64,000 nt of DNA from Microthyrium microscopicum (Eukaryota), in NCBI GenBank assembly GCA_010405405.1, contig MU004235.1:944538-1008537 (forward strand), in the 5' to 3' direction. The stretch's first letter is position 1; each line of letters opens with the position of its first letter. Under the pieces are notes generated by a model. The model made no database searches and was not told the origin of the DNA. It was given only the letters and a program-made list of their open reading frames with translations. Both the position numbers and the translations under genes were made by a program. Shown here in pieces: positions 39,451 to 52,100 of this stretch.

Positions 39451-39864
39451 CTACATAGCATATAGTAGTACGAAGCATGTATGTATAATTCTATTTGACT
39501 TATGTTCGAACTACTATGGCAACATATTCGTGTTTGCTTAGTTGGGATTGAGCGTACAGCATGCATTCGAATGCTTAGTTTCTAGAGTTGACCACTGATC
39601 GTACCTCGTCTTTCAATGGACCATCAAACTGGTATTTTGTTTTCTGCAAGAGGATTGTACATATTGTAGAGTAGTACGCAAGTCAAGAGCAAGCAACAGA
39701 ACTCACACCCTGCTAAGACCAGAACATGTAAACAAAGAGATCCAAATTCCGACAAGTCCCAAGTAGAACGAAGAATATTCGGAATGTCACTAGTGTTACT
39801 AGTCATTGTCTAGGACGGTACAGATGGTGCGGGATAAGCGCGTATAAGTTATTCGATCGGCGTT

Positions 39865-40091
39865 TGTGACGAGCTGTGGAACTCAGAGCGAGCAGATAAT
39901 TAGATTGTATTCTAGAATCTATGAATAGGAGAGAGAGAGAAGAAGATCTAGAAGAGCTATAGATCTATAAAGGATATAAGTCCGCTTAGCAGATCCTTAG
40001 GCGCGCTAACCTCCTTAGGTTTAGCGTATAATCTTATAATAAAATCTTTCTTATAATACTGCTATAAAGCTTATAAAGAGGAATTATTATA
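39865..40091 (-). repeat. 3' LTR (227 bp, left copy)
   Basis: Begins TGTGAC immediately after the TSD. Collinear with 47293-47519; differences seen are C>T/G>A transitions. Confidence 0.92.
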
Positions 40092-40170
40092 TAATCCTTC
40101 TCTTTAATATAGCTCTCTAAGCTATAGATTGCTAATTATAACTACTTTCTTAATCTATTCTATTTTAATT

Positions 40171-40212
40171 TAGTCTAGTCTAGTCTAGTCTAGTCTAGTC
40201 TAGTCTAGTCTA
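40171..40212. repeat. (TAGTC)8 microsatellite in the retrotransposon 3' region
   Basis: Perfect pentamer array read directly. Confidence 0.9.
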
Positions 40213-43200
40213 ATAAACTTTTAGTAATAAATAATATTTTAATCCTTTTATAGTATAATACTAACTTTACTAGTTATTTAGAGTATCTTAACTTCTAGCC
40301 TACTAAGGTAACTATTAAGAAGTATTAATAAACTCTAAGATATTTTTAGAATACTCTAGTTCTTAAGTCTTAATAGTTTAGTAGTTAGTAATCTTATTAG
40401 TATAAAAGAATTAGTAGTATAATTATTTACTTCTTTTAATTAGTAAGAACGCTATTAGAGTTATAATTAATACTATTACTAGTAGGCTTTAATATTAATA
40501 GTATCTAGGTAGGATATAGGCTTAGCTTACTAAGGTACTAAGTATAAAACTTAGTAATAAGCTTTAATATGTTCTTAGTAGCTATCTAATTATACTATTT
40601 AGCTTTATTATAACTAGTATACTTAATCTTGTATTATAGCTTCTTATATTAACTAGTAAAGTAGCTATTAATAATAGTATTAATAGACTATTTATTATTA
40701 TTTATAGTTTCTTTAATAACTACTAATAATAAATTAGTATACTTAAGTAACTTAGTGTCGTTTATAATATAGTAGAGAACCTAGGTATAGAAGATATTAT
40801 ATATCTTTATAAAAGAAAAGAGATTAAGTTTATAGGTAATAGCATTAATTTTCTTAATTATATAAAAGAGACCTATATTCTTATTATTTAGAGTTTTTAA
40901 GAGATATAAAGTAGAGTAATTCTATATATCTAAGTAAACTTAGTTACTTAGTAATAAGTCTAGAGCTATATAGTAATAGTAGTTAGCGTATTTTATTTAC
41001 TAAGCTTATACCTAGATTAATTACTTTATTAAGTAATTATATATCTTAGCGCGTTCTTTCTATATTATATTTATATTAATAACTTTCTTATTAGTAGCTA
41101 TAGAGGTATTTATAGGTTTTAGGAAGCAATATAAGGACTTAAGGCCTAAATAAGGATTAAATCTATTTTAAGCTTTAAAGGGTATAACTCTTATAGTAAC
41201 GTTTATAGTAGAATTAACTATAAATTTAATAAAGAGTAAAAGGGCTACCTAGTTATCTTAATCCTAGTTAATAAATATATATAAAAACTACTTAAGTATA
41301 GCAACTAAGATTTCTATTATATTATTAGTTTTAGGGTAAAATACTATACTAAGATAAAGTATTATACCTACGCGTTTATATAAGTGTTTCTAAAACGCAA
41401 AGGTAAATTAGCTACTATAGTTTAAAAGAATTATTAATAGCTAGCTAATAAGCTTCTATACGTAGTTAATAAAGGCTAATACTATTAAGTCTATAGATAA
41501 GTCTAATAGTAAAATAAAATATTAAGTTTGTATATATTAGTTAATAACTACTATAACGTATTAATAGATTATATCTTAGTATAAATAGTAAGGTAGTAAG
41601 ATAATAAAGTTAATAGAGATATTAGACTATGTATATTTAGAGAGAGAGAATTAACGTAGAAAGTCTTACTTCTTTTAGCGAATAGGTTTAGTAAATATAT
41701 ATTTATAGTCTTTAATAAAGCTCTTAACGTTCTATAATATCTTAGGCTACTAGTAATCTTCTTATAGGTAATAGTAAGTTGTTACTACTTTGCTATAGTT
41801 TATAGCTTTATAGCTATATGTACTCTATATAACGTAACGCTAAAGCTTACCTTAAAGAATAAAGATTTAGTTATAGTAGAGGATTATTTTATTAATAGCT
41901 ACTATATAGTCTCTAAGCTTAATCTACTCTTATTCTAAAGTACTAAAGGGCAAAAAGAGCTAGTAGTTAGTTTTAGCGTAGTAAATAGTAATTATTATTT
42001 TATTATGCTCTACTATGTTTATAATATCCTATAGGAACTAATTGCTATTAAAATCTAGAAATAGGTTATCTCTTAAGGGATTAAGTAGCTTATCTTTAGG
42101 CGTCTTATTATTACTAAGAGACTTTTCTATAGAATTAAGTAGCTTACCTATAGGATTAGAAATATTTAACTTATTCTAAATAATAGTAGCTAAGTATAGT
42201 ATTAAGAGATAGATAGGTTTAATAAGTAATATAGCTAGCTTTACTATATATTCTATATTAAATTAGTATAGAAATAGTAAAGGTTAGATCTATTAAGAGA
42301 CGTAAGGATTATTATTACTTTATAAAATATTTTATAACTAATAAGTAAAAATATTTATCTTTCTATTAGCTATACCTAGATAATACTTTATTTTAAAATA
42401 AAACTAAGAAAGAAACTTAGCTTATTTAGTTTATTATTAAGAAAGATGTTTTATTATTATAAACGTTTAAAGGTTATAGTAATTAGAGAATACTTAAATA
42501 GGGTTAATAGAGCTAAATAATTCTAATTCTTACTTTTTAAATATGTAGATAATAGCTAGAAGCTCTTTATTATAAATATTATAATTATATTCTACTAGGG
42601 TTATTTTCTTTAAGAGGTATATAACTAGATAAAGCTTCCTATTATTATCTTTTTAAGAGAGGATTATAGCATAAACTTAATTTAAGACGTCTATCTCTAG
42701 CTATGTTTCTTTTATATAGTTAAAATAATGTAATATCTTAGTAGACGTAAAGTCTTACTTTAGCTTCTTAAACGTACGTTTCTTTAGCCTATTAGAATCT
42801 TAAAGGAAGATTACTATAGCGTCCTTTTTTATAAGTGCTATTAATAGTGCTATAGTCTTTAAATATTTAAGAATAAATTAGTAATAAAAGTTAGTAAAGC
42901 TAAAGAAAGCTTAAATATCTTTTACTAAAGAGAGACGTTACTAGTTAACTATACTTTAAATCTTCTTTAGGTCTATCTTAATGCCTTTAGTAGTAATAAT
43001 TAAGCTAAGGTATTTAACTTATTAAGTATTAAATTTATACTTTTAGATATCTAAGTATAATTCTACTTTGCTTATTACTTTTAAGACTAAGTAAGTATAA
43101 GTAATATAACTAGCTTTAGTATTACTAAAAACTAATAAATTATCTATATAGCTTATAATAAAGTTATTTAAGTAATTAATTAGGATATAGTTAAAATAAG

Positions 43201-46200
43201 CTTAGAAGGTCTTTAAGGCTTTAGTAAAGCTAAAAGGTATAACTTTAAATTTATATAACTTATAATAAGTTAGAAATATAGTTTTGTGTTTATTATTAGG
43301 TTTAATACGAATATATATAAAGATAATAATAACGTTAAATTTAGAGAAGTATTTTATGCAATAGATATAAGTAAGTATTTCTAGTAGCTATAAAGGAACG
43401 TTATAATTCTTTTATATAATCTTATTAAGTCTATAATAATTAATATAAACTTAAATTCCTTCTCTTAGCTTATATATATATAGTATTAGTATAGCGTAAT
43501 ATAACTTACTAGCTTAAACTTAATCTTAACTAAGTATCTAATTAATATATTATTTAATAATAAAGGATTCTTAATAACCTAAGCTATTATAGTAGCGTTT
43601 AGGGATTATAGCGTCTAGGATAATATTAATAGAGTAATTCTATTTACTATAATATAGTATAAGTTTATTACTTAATTTTAGGTTAAAGATATTTATATAA
43701 TAATAATATTCTTTTAGTAGGTATTTAAGAATCTTTTCTTATAAGAAAGAAGGCTTATTATACTTCTCTTACTATTTTTTAAAATCCTTAGGTAAGATTT
43801 TGCTTAAGTTAATAGTAACGTCTTTCTTTAATATAGGATCTAGATCTAGAAGTTTCTTTTTTTTTTTATCTTTAAAGTTATTAGGCTAGATTTTGCTAAA
43901 TTACTAGCCTTATTCTAGTAACTTAATAAAAGTAGTAATACTAACTATAGTAATGTTTTTAAAGTAAGAGTCTATTAGATTAACTAAGTAGCTTTTATAA
44001 TCTACTAAGATTAAATAACTTACTAGTAAGTAGTATATAAGGTAATAGTCTAAGTTAAAGTAGATTTACTTCTTACCTTTTTTAAGAGTAACCTTATAAA
44101 GGTTAATCTAAGGGTTGCTAAGAATAAGGTTATAGCTAGTAACGTTTATAATAAAGTAATAGATTTGTTTAATATACCCTTCTAAATAGATGTTAACTAT
44201 AGTAGCTTTATTAACTTTTATAATAGCTTTACTATTAGCTAATTATATAATTTAGGGAATAAAGAGATTAATAGTAAGGATTCTATATTATTTAATAAAG
44301 TTAGGGTAAATAATTCTTATTACTTTACTACTAGTATCTATAAGGATATTAATTTTTAAGTAGTAGCCTTATTTTAGAAAGAATATAGTACTAGAGGTAG
44401 TCTATTAATTACTTACTATAAGTATAGTAGCTACTTCTTAAGGACAAAAATTATATACTATAGAGATAAGGAATATCTTAATAATAGCTAGTTTAGTATT
44501 ATTAAATATAATAGGCTCTAGGGATGACGCTTATTAAAGATTGTCTTCTAGGTACTAAATAGTCTTATTAACCTTATATTAGATTTATTCTTTAAAGAGA
44601 ACTAGCTTAGGGTTAGGTTTCTTCTTCTTTTATCGCTAATTATATACTTTTTACTTATTTAGCTTCTTTATATATCTTTATAAAGAAGCTTTTAGTTTTT
44701 TATATTATTACTATAATTATACTTATTATAATTATCCTCTATAGTTAGAGACTAAAGAAATTAAGTAGCGATTTAATTATAAATAGTAGTAAACTTTATA
44801 ATAATAGTAGTAACCTTTAGTTAGATTTTAGTATCTAAAAAGGTATCTTTATCTTTATATAGTACTAAGTTATACTAATAGCTATAGCCCTTCTCTTTAT
44901 ACTTTATATAATAGTTATTAGCCTTTAAGGCATTATAGATATCTAAAGAGTAGTTAAACTTTAGTTTCTATTTACTACTCTTAGCTACTAAATGATTATT
45001 ATTATTATAGCTTTATAGATTAGTAGAGGGGATATATTTAATATAATAAGTAATAGTATATAAGCTCTTAAGGAAGTTAGTAAATATTTTTAATTCTATA
45101 AAGAGTACTCTCTTTATAAACTTTAGGAATAGAAGGGGACGTATTTTAATAATCTTATCTTAATTACTAAGCTTAGCTTCTTATAAGTTCTCTAAGAAGT
45201 AAGCTAGGAATTATTTAAGCTTCTTAGTAGGCTTTATTATAGCTTCTTAACTTTTAAGCTAAGTTTTAGTAGTAATATAGCTATCTTTAATACTATACTT
45301 ATAGTCTAGATTAGACTATATCTTTACTATAAATAAATATAGGTTAGTTAACTTATAATTACTTTACTTATTAATAGTACTAAACGCCTAATCTTTTATT
45401 ATTCTTTAAACGACTTAGATCTTAGAGGCTTCTATAAGATAAACTTATATATTATTATTAAAGTAATCTAATACTTTATCTTTCTAAGCGTAGTACTTCT
45501 ACTTATTCTTTTCTAAGAAAAGTAAAAGCTTATTATTCTATACTTTAAAAAGAGAGGCGCTACTAATTAAGTTAAGATTAGAGAAAGGAGTAGTTTAATG
45601 TAAGTTTAGTACCTTTAGAAGTATATTTAAGTTAGGTTAGTCTATATTTTAAGCTAAAGAGGTTTAGTGAAATAAATTATTATCTACTAACTTATTATAA
45701 TTAAGATAGAGATTAGTTACCTTAGTAGCTAAGGGTTTCTTTTAAAGGGCGTTAACCTAGGCTTAAAGGATAATAGCTTTATCTATCTTCTCCTATAGAG
45801 CCTTATAATATTTATTAATCTTATTAATATAAGTAGTAAGTACTTCCTTAAGTAGATTATTATTATATTATAGTTTTTATATCTTCTAGTAGATAATTAC
45901 TACTTTCTTAAAGGTAATAGTATTATCTTAGATTTATACTTTAAGATAAGTAATCTACTTTATATATTTATTATTAGTTTTAGCTAAGTCCTATATTTTT
46001 TTCTAAGCTTTTAGAGCTTTTTTCTAAAGAGTATAAATTAAGTCTATATTATAAGCGTTTATATTTTGCTTAATTTTAAAGAGATAGGCTATAGTTTAAG
46101 AGGCTAATAATAAGGCGTAGAGCTATATAACTAAGTCGTTTAGCGTAATTTCTTTTTTTAATAGATATTCTAGGTTTGTACTTAATTTAATTAAGTAGTA

Positions 46201-47292
46201 AGAGTAGTAGTAAAGGTTTAATTACTTTTCTTTATAATAGAGGTATACTTCTATATTTTTTAGCTTATTACCTTCTTTACTAAGTATCTTTTGTACTTAA
46301 GTAGCTTAAAAGATTAGAGGGTTCTTATTAATAATTAAAGTAACTAGTTAATTAAGGTCTACTATTATAGGGTAGTAAAATATTAATATAGGTAGTACTT
46401 TAGGGTTTTTAGCTTACTAGCGTAGTTCTATTAGCTATTTATATATTCTAAGAAAAAGTCTAATATTATTATTAGGTTAGAAAAGAGCTAGTAACTAGTT
46501 ATTTCCTATATTTATTTAGTTTAGTAAAGTTATTTAATTAGTATTTTAAAAGGTATTTTCTAACGCTTTAGTCTCTTTGCCTTTATAGCCTTATTCTAAT
46601 AGATAATTATCTTCTAACTTATTTTTATTTTCTAATAGCGCTTTTAAGTTTAGTTCTAGTAGTTTTAATAGTCTTAAGACGCTCTCTACTAAATTTATTA
46701 CTTTTTAGGTAGTATCTAGTTATACTATATTCTAAGTATTAAGTTTACTTTAATACTTAATACGTATAGTAAAGGAGTAATATAATAAAGATAGGTAACG
46801 TAAATATATAAGAGATAAGGATAGATACTAATTATTAGGCTAAGTATAAGTAATTAAGAATAATAAGTAAGCTATATAGCTATTAACTTAGGTCTATTAG
46901 TTAAAAGCCTTATTAGCTATAGTTATAAATAATAAAGAAGAGTACTAGGAGAGAATGCTTATTTATTTAGTGCGTTTTAATAGTAAGTATATTAAGTATA
47001 ATTATAGATATTTAGTAGTAGTATAAAAGATAAACTTTAGTATTCTATAGAACTAAGAATAAGAAGTAATTAACGCTTAGACTATTAATAAGTTAAAGAG
47101 TATTAAAGAATCTTAACACTCTAATTAGATAAAGGGTTAGTAGAGCTAATAGATTTTAGCAAATCTATGAAGGATCTTTAATAAAGTCTAAGACTATACG
47201 TATAGAATATTAATCTATATAGGTACTTCTTTAGAAATAAATTTTAAAGTATATAGTATAAGCGCGTAAGTAGTTAAATAGTTTATAGATTA

Positions 47293-47519
47293 TATAATAA
47301 GCTATAGAACTTAGAGTAAGTAGATAATTAGATTATATTCTAGAATTTATAAATAGGAGAGAGAGAGAAGAAGATCTAGAAGAGCTGTAGATCTATAAGG
47401 GATGTAAGTCTGCTTAGCAGATCCTTAGGCGCGCTAACCCCCTTGGGTTTAGCGTGTGATCTTGCAACAAGATCTCTCTCACAACACCGCTGTGAAGCCT
47501 GTGAAGAGGAATCATCACA
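47293..47519 (-). repeat. 5' LTR (227 bp, right copy)
   Basis: Ends ATCACA immediately before the TSD. The element's outer termini TGTGA...TCACA form a short inverted repeat. Confidence 0.92.
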
Positions 47520-48176
47520 GCGTTTCATGCGTCGAATGTAAGAGCGGGAAATACCATCAACGCAAGGCAATTAACAGTTTCCGTGTAAGAACTGGGCGGA
47601 GTCGAGAAGAGTCTTGATATCCCCTTTCAATTGTGTCGAAGTGGCCACATGGTCATTATGAGCTGTGATACTAGGTACTGGTAGAGGCGTAGTGGACACT
47701 GGAGGCGGATGGTCAACGATCCGGAGCGAGTGTAGGTTAGCTCGGCAGTTGTGAGAGAAATACGGAGTCCAGAGTGGTGACACTTTGAGTGCCGTATGGG
47801 TGAGCACTGAGCGCTTTGAATTATATGCACCTCGTAATGTAAAATAGAACTGACCACTCACCGCTATCGGAATACTAAATTTTAGTTAAAAAGCCGGGGA
47901 AATATGAAGCTGATCAGCCTTCATCTCCATGCCTGCACCTGGACACTCTTGTCCCAATTTGGACCAGTCAGCTTGTTGCCATTCCTCTTCTTGCCCAGCT
48001 CTCCCTCCATATTTTTGCCTCTCCCCACACTTTTCAATCACTACCACTTACTGCTGCTATCACCACTTTTACACTTCCATTTTCGTCTCCTGGTACGTTG
48101 TGATCCCTTTTGAAATCTTCCTCTGTGGTAGTAGTCACTCACTAGCTTTGTCTGGTACAGCCGCACCCATTGAACC

Positions 48177-50115
48177 ATGGAGGCGCTACTCCGCCAATCC
48201 CGAGGCGTCTGCCCCTTCTTGAAAAAGACTTCCCCCGCTACTCTGCGCTCACTTTCCACCTCTCCTGCCACTGTCCACAATGCCTCTCCAGGCGGTGGAC
48301 GCATGTCCAACTTGCAAGTCCTGGCCCGCCGCTGCCCCGTCATGGGCAAGGCATTGGCTGTCCAGACTGCCCGTTACCGCATGCCAATGGCTGCTTTTTC
48401 TGGCGCCAAAGCCTACCACAACAAGGCCAACAGTGCCAGATTCCATACTGCTCCTCCCAAGGAAGCTCAGGCTCTGGATACTGTTGTGAGCCGCAAAGAG
48501 ACTGGTGAGTGAAAACTAATGTATTTGATGTCAAGGTGCTAATTCTTGTGCAGCACCCTTTGGTAAGGCAACCAAGGCCACCCTCAAGCCAGTCTCGACG
48601 ATTGGCGGTGCTCCCCCGGCTCCACCATCCGCCGCTACTTTCGACTACGAATCCTTCTACCACAATGAGCTCGACAAGAAGCACAAGGACAAGTCTTACC
48701 GCTACTTCAACAACATCAATCGCTTGGCCAAAGAGTTTCCAGCTGCTCACTTGGCTGAGGAAGGCGACAAGGTTGTTGTTTGGTGCTCCAATGACTACCT
48801 TGGTATGGGTCGCAATCAGCAAGTCTTGAAAACGATGCATGAGACCCTCGACAACTATGGTGCTGGTGCTGGCGGAACTAGAAATATTTCCGGCCACAAT
48901 CAGCATGCTGTAGCTTTGGAAAAGACGGTTGCCAAATTGCACGCGAAAGAGAGTGCATTGGTCTTCACGTCATGCTACGTAGCCAATGATGCGACTTTGG
49001 CCACCTTGGGCAGTAAATTGCCTGACTGTGTCATTTTTTCAGACAGCTCGAATCATGCGTCCATGATTCAGGGTATCCGTCATTCTGGCACAAAGAAGAT
49101 TGTATTCAAACACAACGATTTGGCTGATCTAGAGGCCAAGCTGCAGTCTGTGCCACCAAATGTACCCAAAATCATTGCATTTGAGAGTGTTTACAGCATG
49201 TGTGGCTCAATTGGACCAATTGAAGGAATCTGCGACTTGGCTGAGAAGTACGGCGCTCTTACCTTTCTCGATGAAGTTCATGCTGTTGGCATGTATGGAC
49301 CACATGGTGCTGGTGTCGCTGAACATCTCGACTACGAAGCCCACAAGGCTGGAAAGCCCCAGGGAACAGTCATGGACCGCGTTGACATTATCACTGGAAC
49401 ACTTGGAAAGGCTTATGGCTGTGTTGGTGGCTACATTGCAGGTTCAGCGCGCTTGGTTGATACCATTCGCTCGCTTGCTCCTGGCTTCATTTTCACCACA
49501 TCTCTTCCTCCAGCTGTCATGGCTGGTGCCAAAACTGCAATTGATTACCAAATGGGTACAAACCAGGACCGCCGTCTTCAGCAGCTCCACACACGTGTTG
49601 TTAAGGAGGCTCTGAAGGAGTTGGACATTCCTGTCATGCCCAACCCGTCACACATAATTCCATTGCTGATCGGTAACGCCGAGTTGGCAAAGAAAGCGAG
49701 TGACATGCTCCTCCAAGATTGGGGCATCTATGTCCAAGCCATCAACTATCCAACTGTGCCCGTTGGACAAGAGCGCCTGCGCATCACCCCAACTCCAGGC
49801 CATGTCAAGCTCTTCCGCGACCACTTGATCCAAGCTGTCGATTGTGTTTGGACGGAACTCGGCATCAAGCGCGAGAGTGACTGGGCAGCTGAAGGTGGAT
49901 TTGTCGGTGTTGGTGAGAAGGATGCGCCCGCTGAAGAGCCGTTGTGGACCGATGAGCAGCTTCAGGTCGGCCGTGCCCTCGCGCCAGCTTCTGGTGGTTC
50001 AATGGCAGAGATGCTAGAGAAGGCGTTGGCGAGCGACAAGTCTATTGTTGCCAACCCGGCGGCTTCTCAGGCCATGTTGGAGATCAAGAACAAGATGGTT
50101 GCGGCGGCTGCTTGA
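48177..50115 (+). CDS. HEM1: Mitochondrial 5-aminolevulinate synthase; 2 exons
   Basis: Presequence with CP motifs (VCPFL, RCPVM), [42 protein letters not shown] and TLGKAYG (PLP lysine). Intron 48505-48553. Confidence 0.97.
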
Positions 50116-50483
50116 GTGATTAAGTTCATTCGCGCCCTTGTGATGGCTCTTGAGCATATATAAACCTCGAATGGATCCTGGACTTTCATTGTCCTGTTCT
50201 CCCGCGACCTTTAGATTCCTGATTTGACTATGTGATCTGAAAGTGACTCAAATACTTGTGATGAGGAAGCTGGAATTTGTTTCTATGTATGAGGCTGAAA
50301 GTCTCATGCCTGCATAAACGTGGGCAAAACGTGGTGGGGCAAAACAACCATATCCACCCTTGGTTAACGTCACGACTTCTTCCTGTCCTTTCTTCTGATC
50401 TTCATCTCCGACTGTTGTTTATATATTCGCGATCTTGCCTTTTGTGCTTCTGCTTGCTATGCCAAGCACACTTTCTCTGCAAC

Positions 50484-51797
50484 ATGGTTTTCGTCTTTGA
50501 ATACGATGATGATGGTGATGACCCCGCCAATATCGTTCGCCCTGACCCGCTCGATGTTCGTCACTACCACTCATTTCGCAATGATCATATCAGCGCGCCA
50601 TTGGAGAATTTGAGCGTTGTAGAGTCCAATCTGAATATAAATTCCTTCTCCGCTGTGCTAGTCTGCTATCCGTGAGTTCACTCGCCCATTGGCATCATAC
50701 CATACTTATACGTCGCCCAGCGTCGTCTCTTCCCTCGCTCAATATCTTGATCTAAACTCCCTCCATAACCTATCGCGAACATGTCGCCAATTCCGCGGTA
50801 CACTCCTCATGTACCGCGACCAGCTCGTCTCACGCACTCTACGCTGCATCAATGAAGACCAAAACCAAGACTCTGGCTCCGCCCTCGCCAAAGCCTTCGT
50901 GGACAGCCGCTCCACCTGGCAAACCACTCCCTCCGAAAACGAGTCTAGCCGTCGTCTAACCAGCGGCAAGATTGGCAAATGCGCCCGCGACATGGTCGCC
51001 GACTGTCGCCGCTGCGGTACCATCGTCTGCCGAGTCCGTCTCCCAATCCCATGCCATCTTTTAGACTAATAAACCCTTAGAATTGCACCGCCAAACCACC
51101 ACCCACCCCCCAACTCGCCGACCGCCACCGCCGACTCTGCCGCGCCTGTCTAAAAGCACCTCTCAAAAGCCTCCTAGCACCACCGTCAAACAGCCACTCA
51201 AATCCATCATCACCCAGCACCTCGCTCCACCACACCCACTCATCCCCCCACCTCACAAACCCGCCCAATACAAGCCACCCCTCCTCCATACACCCCACAT
51301 TTCTCCGCGACCCATGTAATTGTCCTGAAAACACCTATCTCTGCCTTCCCTGCGGACGAACCCTCCGGCCCCTCGACGCAACCTACCTTAGGACCTGGCG
51401 CTGGCGCCAACAATACAGCGGCTACACCGGACTCTCCGAAGGCATCAAAGGCGTCGAATGTGGCCGCAAAGCCTCCTGTGTGTCCGCGCGTCTAGTAGAG
51501 CAAGAAGTTGATGTTGATGCCGACACTGCAGCCGAGATGGCAGAAGAAGCGGAACGTACAGGCGGACGCTGGCAGGGAGGGAGTTTTGGGGCACAAGAGG
51601 TAGAGGGGATAGGGGGGAAGGTGCAGATGAAGGTGAAGAGGTTGGTGACGGTGGGGCAGGAGGTTGATGAGGGCGGATATGAGGAGGGGGAGGGGGAGAG
51701 TGTTCTTGGACCGGAGAAGATGGGGGAGCAGAGGAGTTGGTGTTCTTGGTGTGCGAGGGTTGTATTGGGCAGGGCAGATCGTTGGGGTGGTGTTTAG
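50484..51797 (+). CDS. F-box-like protein with Cys-rich (CxxC) segments; 3 exons
   Basis: ...VCYP|VVSSLAQYLDLNSLHNLSRTCRQFR (F-box-like), CARDMVADCRRCGTIVCR|NC, LCRAC, CNC...LCLPC, RSWCSWCARV. Introns ~50672-50720 and ~51034-51080. Confidence 0.75.
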
Positions 51798-52100
51798 GGG
51801 GTTCGATGAATGTGATGAAAGAATTGGGGATGGCGTTAGTGGGATAAGTCGGAAGAAAAAGGGGGCTTGTATTAACAGCTTTGCGGATTGCATTTGGGTG
51901 GTATAGTACAAGCACACTTGGCTCTAAAGACCTGCCATCATATATATCAGAAATGAAACATGAACAACAACCTACACTTGCTCTCCCCTCGACAAGGGAA
52001 CCGCCAGTGGTCTCACAGTCCCCCAAGCGCCTCCTATGGCAGACGCGCGAAACGTATCCATCTCTAAACCTTCACCAGCATCCCACGCGTCTGCAGACCG

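Larger units (their letters stand above)
39865..47519 (-). mobile_element. Full-length Ty3/Gypsy LTR retrotransposon inactivated by RIP
   Basis: Extremely AT/TpA-rich with almost no CpA/TpG. Direct LTRs and a GCGTT TSD at 39860-39864 and 47520-47524. De-RIPed minus-strand motifs occur in PR-RT-RH-INT order: DT(G) ~44335, (M)PF(G) ~43235, SYxD(D)LLVFS ~43145, E(T)D(AS) ~42690, NYNIY(D)KELLAII ~42550-42587, F(H)P(E)T(DG) ~41330. Polypurine tract AAAGAGAAGGA is adjacent to the left LTR. Confidence 0.95.

Noticed and set aside
39834..39844. ATAAGCGCGTA shared before both LTRs (also ~47258)
   Set aside because: The spacing differs and the surrounding sequence does not align. The TSD and TG...CA ends fix the LTR boundary at 39865.
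40171..40212. (TAGTC)8 as a telomeric or CRISPR-like array
   Set aside because: It is a simple microsatellite inside the TE, with no spacers, and is not TTAGGG.
40092..47292. AT-rich block as mitochondrial insertion, foreign DNA or alternative genetic code
   Set aside because: Fully explained by RIP: TpA excess, CpA/TpG loss and recoverable gypsy pol motifs.
47376..47570. 64-aa ORF across the right LTR edge
   Set aside because: It spans the TE/host junction and is open only because this edge escaped RIP.
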